DNA of 62,931 nucleotides, counting the filler, from Nemertoderma westbladi (Eukaryota > Animalia > Xenacoelomorpha), in NCBI GenBank assembly GCA_032718475.1. It is 3 parts of 3 records of this genome, joined end to end, with 100 filler letters (N's around TTAATTAATTAA, not from the genome) between each part and the next. Parts side by side here need not be neighbours in the genome. Positions count along the whole stretch, not along the records: positions 53,252 to 62,931 come from JAUCBJ010006393.1; 2 more parts are not named here. The stretch is one strand, 5' to 3'. Position numbers and translations under genes: made by a program. This document shows positions 55,426 through 62,931 of this stretch, piece after piece (the first letter of the stretch is position 1; each line of letters starts with the position of its first letter). Below the pieces are notes generated by a model. The model was not told where the DNA came from, searched no databases, and saw nothing but the letters and a program-made list of their open reading frames with translations.

Positions 55426-56125
55426 AATAATTGTTTTTGTGGTATAAATATTTGTTTTTGGGGGATGGGTAATTGTTTTTGGGGGGGGTGAATAATTGTT
55501 TTTGGGGTATAAATATTTGTTTTTGGGGGATGGGTAATTGTTTTTGGGGGGGGTGAATAATTGTTTTTGGGGGATGAATAATTGTTTTTGGTGAGAGAGA
55601 TATTCAAAATTGGGGATTGTAAATTGGTGCTACACAAAAATATATTTGGTGCTAAATAATTTTTTTGGTGTGGAGCCATCTAATTTGAGGTGGCATTCAA
55701 TTAGTCGCGTTTATTAATTACCATCTTTCTGTAATTTACCACAGTTTAAACTACATATCAGAGTATCAGTATCTATTGTACAGTAGATAATGCAGTATGA
55801 TTCTTTCCAAGGCATACATAGGCTTTATACCATGGCCAATACCATACATGCCATGGCGTGGCATTACCTACAATATAGGCTACTGCTCTATATTGAAAGC
55901 GATACTAATGCCGTTTTTGCAAGTTTTTTTTATGCCAACGAGTGAAAAACTCAACACACGTTTTTATATCGAATATATTGTTTTATTTGGAAAAAATCAC
56001 CAGCTTATCATTGTTTATTACTTATAATACTATATTAATGCTACCCACGCTTTCAGATAGATATCCTAAGATTTCTGAGGCTGTACTGTACAGTAGCTCC
56101 GAAAACATCGCGTCATCTTTGCTCA

Positions 56126-56551
56126 TAGGGTGTCCGGGATCCTCCTCTTTTAAATTTCAAATTTAAAATTCTTTTAAATTTAAATATTCAATTTTTTGTC
56201 CGGATTCCGGATCCGTAATGCTGCAGTATTGATACACACAGTTACAGTACATACTGCATACTGTAGTATAGTGATACCCCACGCTGCAGTATATTGATTT
56301 ACTGCCTTAGTAGCTAGTACCTGTAACTGTCTGACTGTAGAAGCAATTCAAATAAGTAACACAAATTGTTCAAGTTAATAATATAACTTGTGATATTTTT
56401 ATAACCATTTTCAAGTCATTATGAATTAATATTCATAAGTACAGTAATTAATTGGATCCGGAATCCGGTTGCATTTTTTGTGATAAAAACCGGATCCGAA
56501 TCCGGATATTTCACAAATTTCTGCCGGATCCAGATATCCGGGACATATCTA
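56126..56551. mobile_element. hAT-type MITE
   Basis: Termini TAGGGTGTCCGGGAT and ATCCGGGACATATCTA, subterminal CCGGATCC repeats, and 8-bp TSD TTTGCTCA/CTTGCTCA (one mismatch). Confidence 0.75.
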
Positions 56552-57479
56552 CTTGCTCATTCATATTTTCGAGCACGTACAGATAGTCAATATTTATGTC
56601 TACCACCAGGTCCGGTACCGTAGGCACGGGTGAAGTTTAAAATTTTTTGTAATTTTTTAAGCATTAGTAATAAGTCAAGTAGAGATGTTTTTAGCTCAAA
56701 TTATGGGTGACACTTAATATTATAGCTGCTATTACTGTCAAGTGTGGCCATTTCATTTTTGTTCACTTTTTTAAAAATTTTGTTGGGTGTTCAATTTCAC
56801 CTGCAAAACTGGATGAAATTGAACACATAATTTTATATCAATTTATAAGTCAAAATCCATCGAGTTCAATTATAATACAGCAATAATTTGAAATTGAACA
56901 CTTTTCAACATTTTTAAAAAACAAAAATGCTTCCAACAGAATTACAAGCTTGGTAAGACACATTAAAGAATTGAGTGGACAGCCTTAAAAATCAATCGTA
57001 AACAACTTTTTAAAACCTATGCCTAGCACATGGAGAATTATAACAGCACTTGCTGATACTAAACAATACAACAGTTTTTAGACTACAGTAGTATTTAATA
57101 AGTGACACTAATGAATATTATTACATGATACATTGCATAACTGGTGAGGTGAGAGGTAATACGAGAAGGTTTATTGCACTATCAATCATAGGTGAGGTCT
57201 AATTGGAGGGCAATATAACTAGGCCTAATGATTGGTACATGTAATTTCGAAGTTCATATAAAATATATTTTAGTTATATTCCGCCTATTTTAGTCCGTTA
57301 TCACTCAAAAAATATATATATATATCGATCACTCGTCGTACCGTTAGTTATATACCTGAGCTGACATTAGCAGTTCACAAAATACTTCTTGAAAGCCTTG
57401 TTTAGATGATTGGTATGTTGTATTTGTTAACGAGCTTGTAGCGGGGCTTGTTCCACTTTCCCCATCATCCTGCTCATTA

Positions 57480-58853
57480 GTATGTTGTTAATAACCTCCT
57501 CTATTTCACCACCCTTCTTAGCTCTTTTCTTTTGGTTCTCTTTATCCTCTATTAGTTCTTTGAAATCGTCAGTTGTTAAGACTTCCCAGAAGCAATGTAA
57601 ACCTTCTTTCGTCGCTTACCCTTGTTCTGAGCTTTGTTCAAACTTTGGAGGTGCTGCAAGACAACATCATTAACAATGGGTGGACTGATTTGGGTTTGGC
57701 ATTGGTTGCAAGTGGCATTGCCCAGAAGGTTACACAGAATAGCGTGAGGATTGAAGGGATGGATACCTGCAGCTTTAAATCCTGCCTGAGCATTAACAGC
57801 ACTATTACTGGTGATTTTATCTTCGAGAAGACGCAGTAGAGAAGGAATTCTATCCTTGCGTAGTGCACCACGACCTCCATTCTCTATATTTACATCAGCT
57901 AATATGGTCATCCAAGCTCTTTTCATTCCACGAAAGTAAGCAATGTTAAGAGGCTGCGTGAAATGTGTACTATTTGGAGGGAGGAAGATAAATCTGATGT
58001 TGTTGTCCTTGCAAACCTTTATTATATCATAATTCAAGTGAGTGAGAGCTAATTATTACCTAATACCAACGTACACCATTCTGACGCTTGAGATGGTGTA
58101 GTAAGTGTTCCCATGAAGAAATCAAAGAATCTCACTCCTTCAAACCAACCACTTTTAGTCCTATTAAATCTTGTCCCCTTGGGTGCATTCTTATATCTTG
58201 TTGGGTACAACTCCATCCGAACTGCAGCAATACATCACTGATATGGCTGTCTTAGAGTGGTCCATTAATCGTTCTGGGTACTTCTGGCCATGTTTAAATA
58301 CAGTCTGGCTGTGACCTGGATCATCGGTGAAATTCGTTTCATTATAGCTCCATATGTTGGAAGAAGGAACCGATACTAGAGCTTTCTTTAGGTTATTGAA
58401 ATATTCTTTAATATCATCTTCACCAACCTCCGCACGTAGAGATTTAATGTTCTGACAAGCCTGAGTTGAAAGCAGATCCTTGTGGTGCTTTAGAAAGGCA
58501 GTTTCTCGTGTTTTTCCAGGGTGATTGTCTTTAAATTGTTTGACATTAGCTCCAGCTTTGTCCAACATGTTCTTGACAAACATTCGAAGTTCACGGATAT
58601 TGAGAGGATATCTCCATTTAGCTAGAGTTTCTATCACTTCTACCAACATATCCTCTTCTTTAGCAGTAAGAGCTGTTTGACCACCATTTTTGCTTGAATG
58701 ATGATTTCTGACTTTATTACTTAAGAGTAGAAAGGGGTATGATGTGAATCTTAGAAGCTCTCCTTAATGAATATTTATTTTGGAGAATATCTAGAGTTTC
58801 ATCCTTGTAGCTTTTGTATGGCCGAGAACCAGGGGTTCATATTTATCAGGCAT
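57480..58853 (-). pseudogene. Degenerate pogo/Tigger-family (DDE_1, CENP-B HTH) transposase
   Basis: Fragments GGQTALTAKEEDMLVE..AKWRYPL, NIWSYNETNFTDDPG (NxDET), FLPPNSTHFTQPLNIAYF (QPLD), AGFKAAGIHPFN, broken by stops and frameshifts. Confidence 0.85.
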
Positions 58854-59550
58854 TGTAGAATTGGATAATTTACAATTTCAACTTAGCCTATCTGTCATCT
58901 CACTATGTACAATAATCAAATAATTATTATTCTAGCTATTCCACCTAGGCCTAAAGAAAGGGTGTGAGATATATATATATACAACACTACATTAACAGTA
59001 TGTTATCAGTAAGTAGGAGTACCTCCTTTATTATGTCACAGTAACTAGTACTGGTAACCATACTGTATCGACAATAGAGGCCTACCAGATGTACACACAT
59101 ACCGACCTGACATACGACTTACTGTTACCGGTACCAACAATGACCAATGCAGATATTACTAGTTTACACAATTTAATCAACAATGGATGGCCATTTATTA
59201 CATTTGAACAAAAAATTTACAAGTCAAATTCACCCACCCATCATCAACGATTTATTCATAATTTTTTTTTTTTTTACTACATTAAAAATACAATATATAC
59301 AATTATTTCCGATTAAAAAATTATAAATTATAAAAAAGTTAAAATTAAATTAAAAATTAAAATTAAAAAATTATAATTGTAAAAATTTCCAGCAGTTACG
59401 GAAAAAATTAATTATTTCGAGAGAAATAAGATTTAAATTAGATAAATCAAGAAAATAAAAATAATGCCCTATTAATGTGTCAGGAATTTAATTTACTAAA
59501 ACTCATTTCTTATTAGTTTATGTTGAAAAACATGATGCACAAAATTGAAT

Positions 59551-60880
59551 CTAGGGCCCATATATCTCTCTGTAAGACTCACCTATGGCTAAGCCAAACG
59601 ATTCCTTGATACAGGCAGCATTACCTGCCTGCACACAGACTCCAATGCGTTGATGCAGGTGTTCAATTGCCCTCTTATTCCTGCTAACCTTCTCTACATG
59701 CCGGCCAAATTCGCGGAGGAAGTCCATGGTGCTAGTACCAGCGCCACCGAAGGTCTCGACTGCAGCTGGCTGTACTATATAGTTCCTAGACAGGTCATTG
59801 TATTTCCAGCCACGTACAGCCATACTAAAATCCTCTACTGCTAACCTTAGGCCAAGTGTAGCAGATGGCAAAGCATTCAGCCAATCGCCATATCCTAGTG
59901 TCTTGCACCATTTAAGGAGAGAGGTAAGGTCAGATCGCTGGAAGAGGTTTTCAACTCGATGTTGCAGGATGGGATCCATCCAATTCCGCTGGCTGGATGT
60001 TTCTTCAGGAAGTGAGGAAACAGGTAGAAGGCATTTCCAAGAAGATAAGGCCGCTGCATAGAATGGCAATGTGGAGACAGGCTCAATAATCCTTGCTATC
60101 AGGTCCATATTCTTGTGTATTGATGCAAGGAATGCAGCTGGTGCTGTGTGGGCTACAAGTGGCACTTCTAACCCTCCTAACCGGCAGGGGAGGGTTGCCT
60201 GATCCTAAAAGTCTGGAGACATTTTTACATTGGCGATTTCCTCCAGTGTATCTTTTACTTCAGAGTCAAGCTGATCTATGAGGTCAGGGCGATTGAAGGT
60301 GGTTGAACTACGCAGTATATATGTGAGTTTAGGCATTGCCATACAGTTCATCAGTAGGAAAAATGCATCGTTATGTCCCAGTTTCTTGAGGCGGGAATGA
60401 AAGAGATGGAGCATTTCGACCTTCTCCTTGAGAGTAGAACTCAGGGCATTACTTTCTAATGGTGCCCCAAGAAGACATAAGTCACCCACAATGGTTTCTC
60501 TAATATTGGGGCAGGATTATTTAAAGGCATCAAGTCAAGGATTAAGTCATGGCCATCTGGGTGGAGAATAGATAGCTCACACTTATCCTCATTCAGATAG
60601 AGTCCACTGTCTTCACATGAGGAACGAAACTCCAAAAAATTGGAAAGGACTATCCCCAATTGCCAGCTGAGTTCACATTATCTGCATAACCTACCTTCAA
60701 CTCTGTCTGGAAGATGGCAAGCTTTTAATGGAGACCTTCACAAAAACCTAAGACAGCCAGGGGATCACTCTTGCTGGAAGCCCTCTGCAGATAAAATGAT
60801 GTTATCACCAAATGGAAGGAATAAAGTGCCCTCAAAACATAGGCTGAAGAAGGGGATAAGCTCTGGGGCTCCGAGACTTT
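59551..60880 (-). pseudogene. Degenerate second CRE-like RT/REL retrotransposon fragment
   Basis: Fragments GLYLNEDKCEL, LLGAPL, AFFLLMNCMAMPKLTYILRS, WLNALPSATLGLRL, AVETFGG, QRIGVCVQAGNAA are collinear with the 38753-42160 protein. Confidence 0.85.
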
Positions 60881-60892
60881 TCAGCCTTTGTA

Positions 60893-61345
60893 AAGCATGA
60901 TAAAAACGCTAAAAAGAGCTGGTGAAACTGTTCAGAGGCCATCGAGCAGCTTGAGAAGCACAGAAAAGAGCTTTTGATTTGACACTATTCATGAGTCCTT
61001 CGTGCAGCATGATAAATGCTGAAAAGAGCAGTTGAGATTGTTCAGAGGGTTTCGCAGAGTCAGAGACCTTTTTGCAGCATGATAAATGCTGAAAAGAACT
61101 GTTGAAACTGTTCAGTTCAGAGGCCTTCGAGCAGCTTGAGAAGCACAGAAAGGGCTTTTGAAACTATTCACGCCTCCGCTGAGCATGTCAAATAGGTACT
61201 GAAAAGAGCTGATGCAACTGTTCAGAGTCCTTCGTGCAGCATGCAGACTAGCAGACATGATAAATGCTGATATGAGCAGTTGAAATTATTCAGAGGGCTT
61301 CGTGCAGCATGATAAATGCTGAAAATAACTGCTGAAACTGTCAAT
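60893..61345. repeat. Degenerate ~50-bp repeat (GCAGCATGATAAATGCTGAAAAGAGCTGTTGAAACTGTTCAGAGG...)
   Basis: Motif recurs about 6 times with variable spacing. Confidence 0.7.
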
Positions 61346-61792
61346 ATTGACACATGGGTGCATGTCAATATTGAGTATTGACAAAGTGCTGGACTGGTAA
61401 AAGACTGAAAGAGGATCTATTTCTATTATGTCCGTGTCTGCTATTATGAGGAGGTAAATTGCGGACATACAAGGTATCAGATAGTATTTCAGAAACCACT
61501 CATTCACCTAAAACACCAATAATTATAAATATACCGGTCGCATTTCTCTATGGGTGTAACTGTCCTACCTAAATTAGTAGCTAGAGTGTGTAATTAATCA
61601 TTGTGGCCATGATGGTTCATGGTTAATATACACTACCCTTTCATTGTAGCAAGTGGTTAAAGACGGCCAAGTACTGTAGAGTTGTGAGCACAGTGGCAGC
61701 AGATGATGGTATGACAGATGGGAGGCCATGAGGAGGTAAATTGCGGACATACAAGGTATAAGATAGTATTTCCAGGTCTATCTTTTACCTGA

Positions 61793-61862
61793 GCCGCTAA
61801 CTGAATGGTTAGAACGTCAGACTTCCAACCTGGAGGTCACCAGTACGATCCCACCTGGATGT
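61793..61862 (+). mobile_element. Degenerate tRNA-derived SINE head
   Basis: A-box-like TAACTGAATGG and B-box-like AGTACGATCCC at tRNA spacing. Confidence 0.4.
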
Positions 61863-61899
61863 CATTTGCAAAAGCTGTGCCCAATAAAAAGTTAAAACT

Positions 61900-62520
61900 A
61901 CAGTTTCTGATATAACATTCCATCCTTCTAATAGTTTAACACCTTTGAATTCACTCTTCTTTAATTCCTCTGTATGTTTTATTAACTGTGGTATTAACGA
62001 ATTCAAGTAACCCCCAGCACCTGCATCATAGCCTGCTGCCATATCTGTGAGAATATCTTCAATGCCCGCTCATAGGGAATCGGTGCGTTCATACCAGGCA
62101 AGTCGACTACTGGCTTGATTGTATCCATCATCAGTTAAAAAATCCTCACCCTGCATTAAATATCTTGTTTCGTCACAGTCATCTTCAAAGATGAACTAAA
62201 GAATCTGGTTGTGGAGAATGATGCTGTAATACCCCATCTTTCTTCAGTTAGTTCTTTATATTCCAAATATCCCTTCCCATGCCCAAACAGCTGGCCAATT
62301 TTGCTACAGCGTTTAATAACTAATTTAATCATGGTATTACCAGATTTGTCACAAAATGATGGAAATATAAGGTCAAGCCAATGGGCAACATCCCACGGAA
62401 ATATAAAGTACTCTTTCAAAATGTCAACATTTTCATTCGTAAAGCCCAATGCATCATTATAAAATGAGTTCATAAACTCATTGGTCTGATATTGCGTATC
62501 CGCTTGAATTGACATCAGGT
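61900..62520 (-). pseudogene. Possible hAT/ZNF862-like transposase remnant
   Basis: WDVAHWLDL and FSTTRF motifs in the 119-aa ORF; the continuation is broken. Confidence 0.4.
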
Positions 62521-62931
62521 GTTTAATATTGACTTAGGGGCAAGAAGATTTATAGTTAGAGAATTTAATATATGTTGTGCTAAATTATGATATGATATTC
62601 ACCTCCTACTATGTGACCAGTATCGCCATCTACCCTGTATATAATAGGGGCATCAAGTGGTATGGCACACCTTGTTCCATTAACCATCACTTTAAGAATT
62701 ACGGTGGCCCATAACGGTCACCACTCCTCTCACACACAGGTCACCCACACACACATCATTTTTAATTTTATAGTGTGTGGGTGTGTGGCATAGTGTGTGT
62801 GTGAGTGTGTGCGTGGCATGGTGTTTAATAAATTCCATTATAGAAAGCGTTGCATTTGGAATGGTTTAATGTTTAACGTAGTTCAGCCATATTTGTTAAT
62901 TTTGCAATAGCGATTAATCATAATAGTGTTC

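Larger units (their letters stand above)
53990..55720. repeat. Foldback-like region: A/C-rich ~21-bp repeats on the left, G/T-rich ~20-bp repeats on the right
   Basis: CCCAAAATAAATACAAATTTT repeats (54070-54500) mirror AATAATTGTTTTTGGGG repeats (54820-55590). Outer ends are weakly inverted. Confidence 0.5.

Overview
This is AT-rich, repeat-dense eukaryotic DNA, most likely from an invertebrate animal. It consists of three assembly pieces joined by artificial 100-bp N44-TTAATTAATTAA-N44 linkers (26112-26211 and 53152-53251), so adjacency across them is not biological evidence. Two host-type single-ORF genes are present: a DC-STAMP/DCST2-like sperm-fusion protein and a TUT4/7-like terminal uridylyltransferase catalytic module. 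The rest is mobile DNA and tandem arrays: a frameshifted CR1/L2-type LINE; three pieces of one BEL/Pao LTR family, each with its visible outer LTR end directly against a different minisatellite; a CRE-type RT/REL retrotransposon with an N-terminal Ulp1 protease and a histone H3 C-terminal fragment starting 1 nt after its stop codon, all inside a long-TIR element with an 8-bp TSD; piggyBac-, IS3EU- and hAT-type non-autonomous elements; a pogo transposase relic; a tRNA-like inverted-repeat element carrying a minimal hammerhead ribozyme; and a 9-kb 30-bp satellite with higher-order structure. Family names come from motif recognition by eye, and no database search was run.
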